A stretch of 63,805 nt of DNA, counting the filler, from Dirinaria sp. TL-2023a (Eukaryota), in NCBI GenBank assembly GCA_051941275.1. It is 3 parts of 3 records of this genome, joined end to end, with 100 filler letters (N's around TTAATTAATTAA, not from the genome) between each part and the next. Parts side by side here need not be neighbours in the genome. Positions count along the whole stretch, not along the records: positions 1 to 21,268 come from JAVEBF010000263.1; positions 21,369 to 42,546 come from JAVEBF010000265.1; 1 more part is not named here. One strand, given 5' to 3'. Below are positions 12,487 to 25,360 of the stretch, one piece after another. A program made the position numbers and the translations under genes. The stretch's first letter is position 1. Every line of letters begins with the position of its first letter. The notes under the pieces are model-generated. The model did not search any database, had not been told where the DNA came from, and saw only the letters and a program-made list of their open reading frames with translations.

Positions 12487-13671
12487 ATGCAGATTTTAAG
12501 CTTTGTGAATGTAGTCAATTTATTCCAAATATTTGCAAGTACAGTAATAGCGTGAGTTGCTCCTTACGCAGCTGTAGATGAACGAGACGATTGATGATTG
12601 GCGGCCACAGCGCGTCAGGACCCAGCAGTGCCTGGAACGCTTCACAGCCTCGATGGGAATGGAAACCACCCGCGGGTCCTCTTCTCAACGCCAACCGTGG
12701 GCGGTATTTGAATTTATCTTCTGGAGTCGATCTTTGGTACACCAGCTTCGGCTACACGCAGTCGCCGAAAACTCCCGTCCTGATCCTACACGGTGGGAAT
12801 GGCAACAGTAATCAAATGTTTAACCAAGCGAATTATCTGGCGATTTCCAGACAGGTGATCTTGCAGGAGTGAGTCTGACGCCTGTGCCTACAGTGCGTAT
12901 GGGCTGAATCTATAACTCTTTTTCAGCACAAGAGGACAGGGACGTTCTCCATATTCCAACTTCACCGAATTTCATTACGATGACTTCACACGGGACGCTA
13001 TTGCTCTGCTTGACCATCTCAACATCCAAAAGGTGGCCGTAGTAGGTTGGAGCGACGGCGCGATCACCGGCCTTGACCTCGCGATGAACTATTCATCCCG
13101 CATTGAGCGTGTCTTCGCGCACGGCGCGAATGTCCAGGCGAACATGAGCATCCCGGGCCTCGACGACCCGATCATCAATTCCGATACCGGGAGTCTGGAC
13201 TCGAGTATCGATACGCACGGGACAACGTATTCGACCAAAGGCAATTTAACTGCGAGAGCTGCTGACACAGACCCATACTCGTGCCAAAGCCTAAGTCCGC
13301 TGCCAGAGCGGTGCGGGGCGATGTCTCAGGGCGTGCAAAAGTCAGTATAGTCTAGTTCTACTAATTAAATTGGAGCATGAAAAAGGGAGTGGCTGACCAA
13401 ACGCTGTGGTAGGATGTGGGCTACTGAGCCCAACTGGGGTCCCGAGGCTTTGTCACAGATCAAGTGTCCTGTCTGGAGTGTAGATGGGGACCACGATCTA
13501 GAAGTGCAGAGGAACCAAGCCGATGCCATCGCTGCTTGGGTTCCGTTTGCAGGGCAGCTCATCTTACCCCAGGTCGGGCACACCGCGCTGTTGGAGGATC
13601 CGACTTTCTTTGATTTTGTAACAGAGTATTTCTTGGATATGAGCTACGATGGCCAACTGCCCTATTATTGA
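12487..13671 (+). CDS. Secreted alpha/beta hydrolase (multi-exon)
   Basis: Signal-like MQILSFVNVVNLFQIFASTVIA, PVLILHGG, TRGQGRS, nucleophile elbow GWSDG, GDHD and LPQVGH; GT-AG introns link the ORFs. Confidence 0.82.
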
Positions 13672-14866
13672 CGCAGGTGTGTCTCTTCTGAAAAAGAGAT
13701 TTTTAAAAGAATCATTTTGAGTCGGAAGAAGTACGTCTAGCCCTGGGATCGTAAATATCTAAGAAGTAGAGTGAGGTAAGAATGAGCGTGTCAGGGCTGA
13801 GTGGCGAGACACTGAGCCTAGTGAGGGGCCACGAGAGCCAGAGAACTAAGGCACAAAAGTTAGGATAGTATATTATCCTAGAAAAAAGACTGATGAGGTT
13901 TGATTTACTTAGGATGAGAAAATAATGCATTTCTCAAAAGTGGTGCAAGTGGACAGGAGAAAATTCGAATCACATATTCATCTCTCATGGACATACCGGC
14001 ATAACTTATACTTGCGTAAGTAGTGCCTTGATTTGAATCAGCGCTCTGGGACATTTGAGCCATTATGCTTACACTAAGGTCTCGACTAAGATTGTGTTTG
14101 CATGTTCGATATTTGTATCGATATTGGGAAATCCACACCTTGCAAAGACGAAATGAAACCTTTGGACGACTGCATTTGGCTCTTGGCTTTGAATATCCTT
14201 TATCGATACGCTAATTATTCTCTAATCGGTTTCAGATGTTTGAATATTACAGCAACGACTGATCAACAACGAATTTTATGCAGCTTTCGTTTCAGACGAT
14301 TTCGATTCTCTACCAGCTGGCAGAATGCATTGAAACAGTCACCTGTGCGCTTTGGGTCCTCATAAGTGCTAGATTCCGTAGGATTGATAAATCATCTGGA
14401 CACTCCGGTCATCTTCCAAATACTTCTAGCAGAATTTCAATCATCCAAAAAGAATGAAGGTTCTTATAGAGTTTAAGGCGAATTCATGAAACGATTAGTC
14501 ATTTACCAACGTAGGTTGAAAATCAGCTAACCAACGAAGTCACATATTTGAGGTACGATGAAATGGTATCCCGCGCTTTCAGTTTCACAAAATGCTGCAT
14601 GAAGCGTTCGACACTATCTCTAGAGTATGCAGTCAAATATTTGACCTATGCTACTTTAAGCACGACAGACAGACAGATTTTCGCCCACTGCGGAAATACC
14701 TCTGCAAGCGTCACATGTTCAATTGGCCGGATCCAGCGCCACGACAGCGCCTGCAGGCCACAAAAATGATGTACTGTACACCCGCTGTCAAGTCCTCCAG
14801 AACATCAGCACCACGTCTTCAAGGTCACATTTTCACTTGATATTCAATCATTAATGTCGCGCAACC

Positions 14867-16231
14867 ATGGACACGTTCTTGGTATTCCTCGCCTCTCTAT
14901 ACAGCTTGATTTTAGTGGCAACATCACTTCATATCCCTTTTGCCTCTACTCTCAATGCATCGACCGCATCGCCTGAAAACCATGCAACGGTGGAGTGCTC
15001 CGAGGAATATGGGGCGAATCTCGACGTCCTAGACTGCAGGAATGCGATCTCGCACTTCACTTCCGGGTCCACTCTCCTGCCACTTGCAGACCGAGAGCAT
15101 ATCATGCCCGGGGACGATGAAACGCTACCGCTGCCATTTCGAATGATGGGTAGTAAGTATTTTCCAATCAATCCCTTTTCTTCGCTCTCAATAAGCCTTC
15201 TCGAATCGAACGCACGCGGTCCGTTGTACTCTGCGAAGCTTATGAAGGCCCGTAGATACTGCGCACTGCTACGTCCAACCTGTCTTAGTCCTGGGCGCTA
15301 TTTCTGGAGAAGCAACGCTCGACCAAGTCAAAGCAGCAGCAGCTCGAATCGTAGCCCAGTGTGCGTTCCGTCCCAGCACAGGCGGTATCGCTTACAATAT
15401 CGGTGTGTTATTCCCTCTCTTCCCTTATCCTTTTGACTTACGCTTTTCTCTCCCCCCCCCTTTCCAACCCCGTCCAATGGACTAATCCTAGCCCCATGGC
15501 ATAGGAGGCGACGACAACATCGCCGTCATAGTAGGAAAGTACAAGCCGACAGTGACATGCCGCGGGTTGATTCCAGAATGGGAGACGTGCATTGGGATCC
15601 TGCATCAAATGCCGGCGGGGTTCGATGAGCTCGTTTTCGGGCCCCCGACAGATCCTCGTCATGATGTGGGTTTGCCGATTGCTATCTCTTCCGGTGAGTT
15701 TTTTTTTGGCATTGAGTGATTTCCCATCTCGCGGAGATTTTTGATGCTGATCATGAGAGGGATTTTAGATGTGGAGAAATGTCTGGGGAGGATCTTTACG
15801 ATGAGAGGCTCGGACACGACGACTTGGTATGAGCTTTGGGGTAAGATATTTTTATGACATCATTTCCTGTGGTTTCCCTGCTTTTTCTTCGATGCGTGCT
15901 CTGAGGCTTTCCCCTCAGACGCTATTGCATTGATGTTCTTGATTTCGATATAGAAAAGATTACAATTACAGAGACTAACTCACATCCTGAACCAGAAGCC
16001 TTAGTAGCCGTATATTCCGTATGCGCACGCCACGGTCTAGCAGGCATCCACTCCAGAATCGGTACTACCTCAACGCCCCAACCAATCAAACAAAACAAAA
16101 GCTGACAGACAATTTCAGGGGACGAAGGGCAATTGCTGGCTAGCTTGACCGCTCACGCTCCCCCCATACCACCCACTACTAACCTGACCATGGCGGCTAC
16201 CATTGGTAACCACAGTCGAGCAGTATCGTGA
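14867..16231 (+). CDS. Small secreted cysteine-containing protein of unknown function (multi-exon; 3' end approximate)
   Basis: Hydrophobic signal MDTFLVFLASLYSLILVATS and CSEEYGANLDVLDCRNAI; several short GT-AG introns separate Cys-containing exons. Confidence 0.55.
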
Positions 16232-16947
16232 TATTGAAAGCAAAGATTTAGGATAGTATCAAGAGCTTTTATATCATCGAAGACGGCCCTCCAGCTTGCT
16301 TGAAAAAAAAAAAAATTTTTTTCCAGTCCATACTTTTAGAATGAATCGCCGTCAGCCGTGGTAGTAAGCGAGGGATAGACACTCCGATTCTCGGAAAAGA
16401 CAGAGTGAGTTAATATAGCAACGATTTGCGTCCTTAAGTTGGTTTGGGAAGGGGTATCTCACAAAATTGGCATATTTTTCTTGAAAATTTCTGCGTAGCG
16501 GGTTGCCAGAGGCTGATATAGGTATGGAGATCATTCTATCTAAAGAAAACGCTGTATTTCTGGGTTTGAATAAAAGTGTTTCAATGAGCTTCATGATAGT
16601 GGATGAGAGCAGATACTGGGCTTGTTGTTGGAATCACAAAAGCATAGGAGTTTTAGTCTAAATAAAAGCAACTCGAAAAAACAGCCTTAGTCAGTAGTCA
16701 CTTCCAAAGAATAGGACGAATGATCAGCTTAACATTCTGTTTCTAAGGTAGGTAGAGACATAAAAGTGAGTTACTAGTCTATGAGGAGTTAGCTCTACTA
16801 TTTCCCAGAGTTGCTACCAAATAAATCAAATGCAAAGTATTGTGCATTATTTTCAGACAAGACTTCGAGGAGATGCACAGAGTTTCTTCCATCCACAGAT
16901 GTACACTGTCCCCCAGAGGATTCAGCTATTCCATGGACTTGATAACA

Positions 16948-18987
16948 CTAATAACCGAAAGTTTCACTATGCAAGGCAATACTCTCGACCTCTCCTCTCC
17001 AGATTCTAGCTTGTAGTTTAGCGCAAGCGTTGGATACGTCGATCTTGAGACTCTCTGGTCCACAGCCTATTCGTCAAGTCAGTCTGCTTGCACTTTTCCA
17101 AAATCTCATGTAAGTACGTTGACTGACCAATAACCATCGTTCGACCAGCTTCTACAAGTAGATTAGCAATCACCTCCTTCAAACACGGTCTTCCGGTTTT
17201 GTAGCCAGAGCCTCGGTCGACCATGAGATGTCCATTATCGTGCTCCAGATTTCTCAGTCCCGACGGTGCAGGCTGAGATACTGCATTATGGTTTCCCTTT
17301 TCCAGGTCGTTCTGAGAGGGTTTTGAGAAACTAGTAGCCTCTCTGGTGACATGGAAGAAATTCTCGACGAAATCGAAATCTTCTCCCAACACTTTATGAA
17401 CTTCATCGATGCTCTCCTCGATCCATTTCAGATGCTCCGCACGCCGAACTGCCCAGACCAGCTTAACAGAGGTCACTCGCATGCCTGTCCCAGCTGATCG
17501 TTTCATCGCTAAGTGTTCCATCCAAGGCAAACAGGCTGTCACCCCACCCCCACCAGCAACGAGCACGATTCTATCGAATGTGTTTTCGATTTTGTATGGA
17601 ATACCGCCAAAGGGACCCTCGAGTACAGCCGTTGACGGCGTTCTCGATTGGGACTGTGCGTGAGCCGCAAGTGCTTTGGTGAAGCCAGCATGGGTCCGGA
17701 TATAGAAAGTAACCTTCTGCGGATACGAGCCTCCGCTCTTTTCTCTGATATCATCAGCGCTCTTGAAAGCGGAGGCGGATGTGAACGGATGGTTTCCAAA
17801 CAGATCAAGGCCCGGGACCCGGACAAAGAAGTGCTGCCCGGGACTCCAATTTAACGTTTTTGGTGCAAGGATGTCAAGCCTTGTCATGCCACCCACCAAA
17901 TCCCTTTTTTGCATTGGTGAGCCATTTATCCAGCTCTCTCGAATATTGACCGCGCGGTTGAACCAGAAAACCCGCGCAAGCAGAGTAGCGAGCCAGATGG
18001 CCAACGTCGCCCACAGGTAATTCCAGGAGTCGCCTTCCCGGCCAAAATGCCAGAAGCAGAGGCCAATGTAGGTGATATAAAGGAGGATATGGAGGAAATA
18101 AAAGGATTCATAGAAGCGGTTGCGTATAAAGGGGATTGAAAAGACGGTAATGCCCGCCAGCATTGCTAGAGGAGGAACGCCGGTATACTACTCGAAGATT
18201 CTGCTGTTAGAAGGACATTCCAGCTAACGATGGATAGAAAGAGACATCGTAGGTGCAGGGGGCCAAAGAGGATATGTACCTCGAATGCGCCTGGTTTATA
18301 GAATTGCTTGTGCAGCGCTGCGTACCCACCATCCCTATAAGGAGCCACAAGAAAAGGCACCGTGTGTACTACACTTAGCCCCAAACACATATAGCCTACC
18401 CAACGATGGACGATGTTCAACCGTTCGTGGCTGATCCCTGTAAGCAGCGTGACAAGGTTTGCTTTTCCAGAGAGGACTACGATCAGTGGCGTGCAAGCTG
18501 CGGCCATCAATCCCGTACGGACAGCCAATGGAGGCGAGCCATACCCCCGATGTTGGCGGTAGTAGGGTCTGACGGAGAAAGTTAGTATGCAGAGGAAGAG
18601 CACACTCAGGAGTAAGATCGTGAGGAGGCCAAGAGAAGGTAAGCCCAGGCGGTCGAAGAAGGAACCTCGAAGACGGCGGTAACTCAAGAAGCGTACTGCT
18701 GCGACGGATTTTGTTTGTAACCTTGTCGAGAATGTTGGCCGCGTGCTCGACTCTGGTACCTTAGCAGTGATGAAGCGGTAGACGTTTAAGATAGTAAAGA
18801 CGAAAATGATGATTGCATAGTACCAAGTAGTCCAATGGCCGTATTCGTATTGATGGTAGTAGGAAACATGCTTTTGCGAGGCATTGTGCGCGGCTTGAAA
18901 GGCAGTACAAGAGTCGTTGTTGCATCTAGGATCCGAGAGTGTTAGATTCTCAATGGGATTCGGACCATAACTCGAGTGAATGCTCAT
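16948..18987 (-). CDS. Ferric/cupric reductase transmembrane component (FRE family)
   Basis: SHERLNIVHRWVG, YESFYFLH, WSPGQH, NHPFT (FAD binding), LEGPFGG, LVAGGGGVT (NADPH binding) and C-terminal LHSETFGY; two introns. Confidence 0.9.
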
Positions 18988-21268
18988 TGCGAGAGGCTCT
19001 CGGTGTGTTTGTGCAGCCTAGATCGGGTATTGATGCAAATAAAGACGAGTGTGGTATGAACAATGTAGTTTCTATCGATCTTGCACAACAGCATTCGGCG
19101 CTTCGAAAGCCAGTAACAGCGGTCTGTAAACTCCGTAGTGACAGGAGTGGATCTTCTCTGGGAAAAGCGAATTATTGAGATACTTCGACTTACTCGATGA
19201 TTATAAAGTGTTGTCTGGTAAACTGCAGCTGGGTGAGATGGAGGATAAACTCAAACGACTTGATTGTGCAGAGAAGATCCTGCAAGATGCATCGAAGGGG
19301 TTTGAATAGTCTTACATGAACATCAGGACCTACATTCGTGGAGGCTTAGGAGGTTGAGGATCGCCTGGAAGGCAATGACTGCATGGCTGTGATCCCTGCA
19401 ATGTGATCGTAAAATCTGCTCAAATTCACGCACTAATCTTGAACATCCAACTCCACAGAGAACAAACCCCAGACTAGCCAAGTGCTTCAGAAAAGAATGT
19501 GGACATGATCGTCGCAATGTTCTGCAGTGTGACCCAATAATGTGCTCAAACTCGCGCATTCTCCCGCCACTAGGCTTAGCGCGTTGCAGCTGGTAGTAAG
19601 AACACACATCAGGACTTGATGTCTGAGTTCAGCGAATGATGACCGCACTCGGCGCCTCTGACTTGAGTAGTGTGGCGAGGAACAAGCCTACCCCTTCTGG
19701 GCCTTCTTCGAGACTTGAATATTTCAATGGAGCTTGCAGCAGTTGCTTCGATTCACCGGCTCAAAAGATGTTTTTCACTGGCATCCTTTGTTGAAAATAT
19801 GATACCAAACAGTGTTGCACAAAACTCTTGAAAACATGCAGGCCGACCGGGTCAGCTTTAAGCCTGATCTCGATGCCAGCCCTTGAATAGCATTTGAATG
19901 TGGCAGCAGCTCCGCTGTGTTCGAACACCACCTATTGCGCAGAAGAGAATGATGTTCTGAGCAATGAGGCAATCCTTGCAGAGGCTTTATCTCTGCAATT
20001 TAGCACATCAACTTCGACGTTTCGATGTCGATTGCTTGGTCTGTGCACTGCAGTCAGCCCTCGTAAAAGCGCTATATTTGATCAATGTATTGTACCAAAA
20101 GCCAAACGAGATCTCCGTGTGTAACACTCATATCAGCAGGGATCGTGGGACTTGTGATCAGCTCGCGATCCCAACTTGCGTCCTCGAAAGCGCAGAATTA
20201 AATCTCACATTAGACTTGACGTAAACGTGGCGATAATTAGCATTTAACAATCTGTTTGTGAATGCTACTGGTGTCGGTATTGCTCTGACAGAATATTTAG
20301 GTGTTGACCCACGCGCTGCAACTCGACTTGATTGATAGCATCATAATGCTGGCCTTTCATTAGCACAATCGCATTGAGATTTGTATATTTCTTGATACAG
20401 TCATTGGAATTCTCGTTTTTCCACAAAGTTACCATATTTGGAGCGCTCAATAGCTTAATAGGCGAGCAGAGGAATAGCAACAACCTAATAGGAAGACTCA
20501 CGACAAGAACCTGAGAGGTTGATTTATTTCCTAGGGTCTTTGTGGGATATAGACTCGTCGCTTACTTGCTTTTAGCTTTGCTATATGCTTGAAACTTGAA
20601 TAGACAGCTGAAAGCCAAAGCTTACTAGATTTTTTGTACTATGCGAAACAAGATCAGGGCTGCTCATCGCTGTCGTCTTCACTAAGATACATTGATGAGC
20701 ATACCTTCTGCTGCTGGAATTTGCGAAGACAGAATGGCGAACGTAAGTTAATGACATTGTTCTGGATCACTGACAAGTTGCGGAGCGGACAAGGAACCCA
20801 AGAAATGATTTGTTTCCCATTTGGAACTGATTTCAAATCTTGAGGCGTGGTCAATTCTTTATGTCCAAGACTCCAAGCACTGAGACCAAGTCAGGATCTG
20901 GCTGCGATTCGAATACAATTGAGGTCGTGTGTCGACTCGAGGAAATAGCATACGCTGGTCAGATGTTCGCCGTAGATAAGCATGAGATACAAAATCTAAG
21001 GCGGTATGCGTTGTCGTAGCAATTGCTTCTTCCAAGTCCCAAGCTCGCCTGCAAGCCTTTTTCCTTTTCTTCTTGCCTTTGGTTGAATGAGGCTTTAAGA
21101 CCAGATCATTCAGCCATACCCGTGTAGAAGTAACAACACATTCCGGGCTCTAGACCACGTATTATATGACCGCCGGTAAATTGCAGCGCCGTCGCCAATG
21201 GCTCTGAGATTACTCGTATTCACCTACTTTGTTGCGTCACCTACTTTGTTGCGAGGGTTAGGGTTATC

Positions 21269-21368
21269 NNNNNNNNNNNNNNNNNNNNNNNNNNNNNNNN
21301 NNNNNNNNNNNNTTAATTAATTAANNNNNNNNNNNNNNNNNNNNNNNNNNNNNNNNNNNNNNNNNNNN
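21269..21368. other. Assembly gap (N run with TTAATTAATTAA linker)
   Basis: N run containing the artificial six-frame-stop linker. Confidence 0.97.
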
Positions 21369-21609
21369 CTACTACAAAGTCGCTCGAAAGTGCTTCGTGA
21401 ACAATGTCTGAATACAAGAGACAGACTATCATCTGATCACAGAATCTGATATCTCTCTTCGCGTCTTCTCTTCACAATTTGTCGTCGAAATATTAGCCGC
21501 GCGATTGAAGACAATGACTAAAGAAGATCTCAAATTCATTCAGCAACGTAAGAGCTTAGAGAAGAAGATTCAGAGCTTAAGACAAGAAAGAGCAATTCTC
21601 ACAAGCTAA
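21369..21609 (+). pseudogene. 3' remnant (GED domain) of an Mx-like dynamin GTPase; 5' part lies in the gap
   Basis: Translates YYKVARKCFVNNV*IQETDYHLITESDISLRVFSSQFV...QQRKSLEKKIQSLRQERAILTS*, collinear with the GED of the intact dynamin (YYKVARKRFVDCIRMQAADYHL...); internal stop. Confidence 0.8.
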
Positions 21610-22637
21610 AGTCGAGATTCATCATTGAATCTCTTTAATATCTTTTGCTTATCTGCAAGAATACATAAGCGAAAGGTCATGAGAGGCGAACAATGAATTC
21701 TGATGCTAGAGATTGACAGCCTTAAATCTAGCAGAGTCATTGAAAACAGACATATCAGATTCAGTCTCAAACACTACATTCTTAAGAATCGTAGCAATGA
21801 TGTGAAACCCAAAGATCTAAGATTTCGAAAATCTGCTCTCTCCTCTGATGAAAAATCGTCTCATAATCTCATGTCTCTTTGATGATCTGCTCAAAAAAGG
21901 CCTATCACAATTTAAACAGAATCAATATGTTTCTATCCGGCTTCGTTTTCATCTGCGAGATTTTTTTGACTTTATTTCAATGAGACAAAGTTCAGAGGCC
22001 CTTCGAAGGAAGCTCGAGCTCTTTGAAAGCTTTCACTTTTTCTTTTAGCGATTGATACAATCCTGTCGTCTTCCTTCTGTTGCGCTCTTTCTGAGTCTGA
22101 GACTGTCGTCGTTGTTATTTTCGAGCTTGCCAGTTCTTCTTCGTTTTACTTGAAGCTGAATCTGCTTCCCTCTTTTCATCCTCGCTAATCAGTCAGCTCG
22201 AACATCTTGAATCAGACTTCTAATCAGCTCATTATTCGTAAAGTTTCGATTAGAAGTAGCCATCGTCTTCTAGAGAGCCAAATTCTCTCTGCCCCGTTGG
22301 TACCTCCTCAAGTGTTGTAAAGGTGACTCGATGCGATCTTCTTTCTCAACATGCTCATCTTCTCTGACAAATACTTTGGCCAGCGCATTGCATAGCATTC
22401 GGCTATAATCATGCTCTGCAGTTCTTGAATCTTCGTCGATTAGGTTGCGCATATCCCTCGGTGCAAATCGTCTAAAGACTAATTCACAGGATCATCAATC
22501 AGACTACTGGGAGATCATAAATATTCATAGCAGTCTGGCATTAGTTCCTTCTGGTGGCTTGCTAGTACTGACATTGGAGGCTCCCACTACTGAAAGTATC
22601 AGTCAGGCTCCTCATGAGTCCATCAGAGAGTTTTCTA

Positions 22638-23495
22638 CTATTCAAAGAAGCTCTTGAACTTCTTCACCGCTCCACCTACCGCCCTTTTACAACTACTCAT
22701 CAGCCCGCCTATGGTCCTCTTCTTTGTGGTCAAAGCTACTGCAATTGTGATCGCATTACTCAAAACACCAATCCCCGTGATTGCACCCATTGCCGCTCCA
22801 CCCATTGCCGCGCTCTGCAAGAAGGCAAATGGGGTCCCAGCTGCCACTAGTCCCAACGATGAATGCCATCCTGTAGCGATACTTCCAGCGACAGGGCCGA
22901 GTGCACCGAAGCCCACTAGTTCGAGAAATACAGGGATCGCACAAGTCAGTCCAAGGATCGTGATGCCGCTGAAGACGCCGAATGCTCGATATGGATGGGC
23001 GCGAATCCAAGCGGAGATGTCTTTTAGGCGCTTGAAGAGTGCTGACTTAAGGCCATCGACTGCTCAGGGTCAATTCCATGAATCGTGATCGTAAGTAGGG
23101 AAAGATGTACTTAATTGCTGTAGCTTGAATGTAGACTTAATGCTTGCATAAGTGAGTGTGCCGAGCGCCGCCTCGAGTCCAGTCACATTGTTTGTCAAGT
23201 TGGCTTGATTGATGAGTCCGAGGCTTTGTGTTCTATTGGAGATGTACGAGTGGTCCGAAGATGTTGATGCTTGGGTTGACAAGGCCATGGTTGGCTCTTT
23301 AGCTTCAAGAGCCTCGATAGCGTCTGTCAGAGGCTGATGATGAGCTGAGGGACTTCCGATCTCTGAATCATCTACATCGTCCCACACAAAATCTTGTCGA
23401 AGGTTGGCTGGCTTTGTTCGAACGAAGCCCATGTGGAAATGTGTGGTGTCGTCTTCTTCAAAAGATTCTCTGCTTTGGAATTGCTGATTTAACCC
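22638..23495 (-). CDS. Membrane protein with ISG12/IFI27 (Ifi-6-16)-like Gly/Ala-rich motif; 5' end uncertain
   Basis: GFGALGPVAGSIATGWHSSLGLVAAGTPFAFLQSAAMGG preceded by a TM helix; intron ~23059-23109 (GTACAT..TTGAC..GCAG) joins the 23070-23432 and 22638-22916 ORFs in frame. Confidence 0.6.
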
Positions 23496-24526
23496 TAGTC
23501 AGCCCTATGCTAAGCGAGATGTATTGAAGCCACCCGCACCTCCATAGTATTTACAAACCAGTCACCAGTCGTTTTCCAACAGGAAACGGCACCGAATATC
23601 ATTGAAAGCTGTTTCTAGTTACTGAAAAAATGTACGGATGTTAATATGCTTTGAAACTGCGTTAGGATTGTTTCCAGTAAGGAAAGTAGGGTGTTAGCTT
23701 GGTAGAAATGTGTGGCATCTAAGCCTAACTCAGAACTCGTTTTCACCGTTTTTCCCGAACATGATCCGCTGACAACACTAGTGAGAATACGAGCTTCTGC
23801 AGGTAGACAGTTTAGTAGCAATAGGAGGGGTCTTGGCGGGGTATGTATCATCCGTTTCCCCGGCCCTAACGCCATTCGCTACCATTTATGCCCACTACAC
23901 CTCTATCCTAGCCAACGTCGCTTGAGCAGTCGATCATTAATGAGGCAGGCTTGATCTTCAAGAGGGAGCAGAGAACAACTCGTGCAGGGTGTCAGTACAA
24001 CGAATGATAACCCAGCAAGTTCGACCATTCCTGAGACCATATATAATTGCTCGTATGTGTCGGCTTCTTTAGTTTTTGACCTCAACCCCTTAGTTATACA
24101 TTTGCCATACAGCTCTCATCAACATGTAAGGAGCTATGAGGCCAATCATACTGAGAACCACCATTCCGCTAGACTCAAAGCAAAGATTTAGGTACCATTA
24201 CACAGGCTGTGTCAATTCGCTTTGGTCGATTTACGTATGCAGTATGGCCCCCGCATATCCTGCGCTCCCCTACCCCTCTATCACCCCTAGCAACATGACT
24301 CGTGTGATTCGTTCCTTCCTGCTGCACTGATAACGCATACTACGCAATGGCGTTGCCGTCACACCAGGATCTTTATACCTGAAAATCTACCCGCCCTTGA
24401 GATCAAAATTAGCCTTTGTAACATTTCAAATTGTCAGGGTCCTTTCCTTAGCGCACATTGAAACATCAGTCTCTTCCGCTTTGACCAACGTTTATATAAA
24501 GTTTTGCCTATCAGGGTCGGTTGCAA

Positions 24527-25050
24527 ATGTCAAGCCCCTCGTTCTTTATTGGACCGCCTCTATGTCCCAGATGCGGACAGGGCACATCACACGCAATAAC
24601 CAACCCGTCCCCGAAGCCCGAACGTGATATTGGAAACAATGGTCGTCCTTATTACAGATGCGAAAATCAGGAATTTAAAGCATTCTATTGTTTCGACGAT
24701 TGGCCGGGGGTATTCTCGATGCCAAACCCCCATGCCACTATAGGGGACCCTGTCGACGGATTGCAGTGAAAATATGTTCGGACTCTTCACCCATGGTATT
24801 GCAATTCCAATGTGGAATAGCCAGATGCGAATATGTAGTCCCAGAACTCGATCAATACGGCTGCCAAAGGAAGATCCCCGTGTCGACACTCCAGAGTGGA
24901 TTCGATTGGGTAAACTATAGGCGTTCGCTCCAGGCTTTGTCCGAACAGTGCGCTTTCCTGGCGTCTCTCACAAATATCTCGAACAACAGCACGGGCGGAA
25001 ACATTTATGGCGGATGGAGACGGTGTATGTACTTGCGTGGTGGAAGGTAA
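24527..25050 (+). pseudogene. GRF-type zinc-finger small protein, apparently frameshifted
   Basis: CPRC...NNGRPYYRC...FYCFDD in one frame; the continuation PPCHYRGPCRR...FQCGIARC is in another frame with no evident intron. Confidence 0.5.
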
Positions 25051-25360
25051 GGTCAAAGAGGTGTTGAATGACTATCGTCGAGCGGAAACGGACTGGATAC
25101 CACTTAAACCTAATTCAAAGACCGGGGCGAGTGATCAAGAGGATGAGCTTACAATGTCTTACATGGGATCGAAATTGATTAGTTCCTCATAATGATCTTA
25201 TGCATATAGAAACATTTAAAGAGTTAAGATGTCTCAACCAATCGTGTCATATACCGCTACAGCTTAGCTTATTAATCGTGTCTCGCTCTTTTCTATTAAT
25301 CAACCGCCCCTCCTAGACTTTCTTTTAGACGGCAACTAGTCCATTTAAATTTTGTTCAGT

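Noticed and set aside
21254..21266. AGGGTTAGGGTTA telomere-like repeat next to the gap
   Set aside because: Only about two units and internal to the scaffold; not enough to call a telomere.
21313..21324. TTAATTAATTAA palindrome inside both N runs (also 42591-42602)
   Set aside because: Artificial scaffolding linker, not biological.
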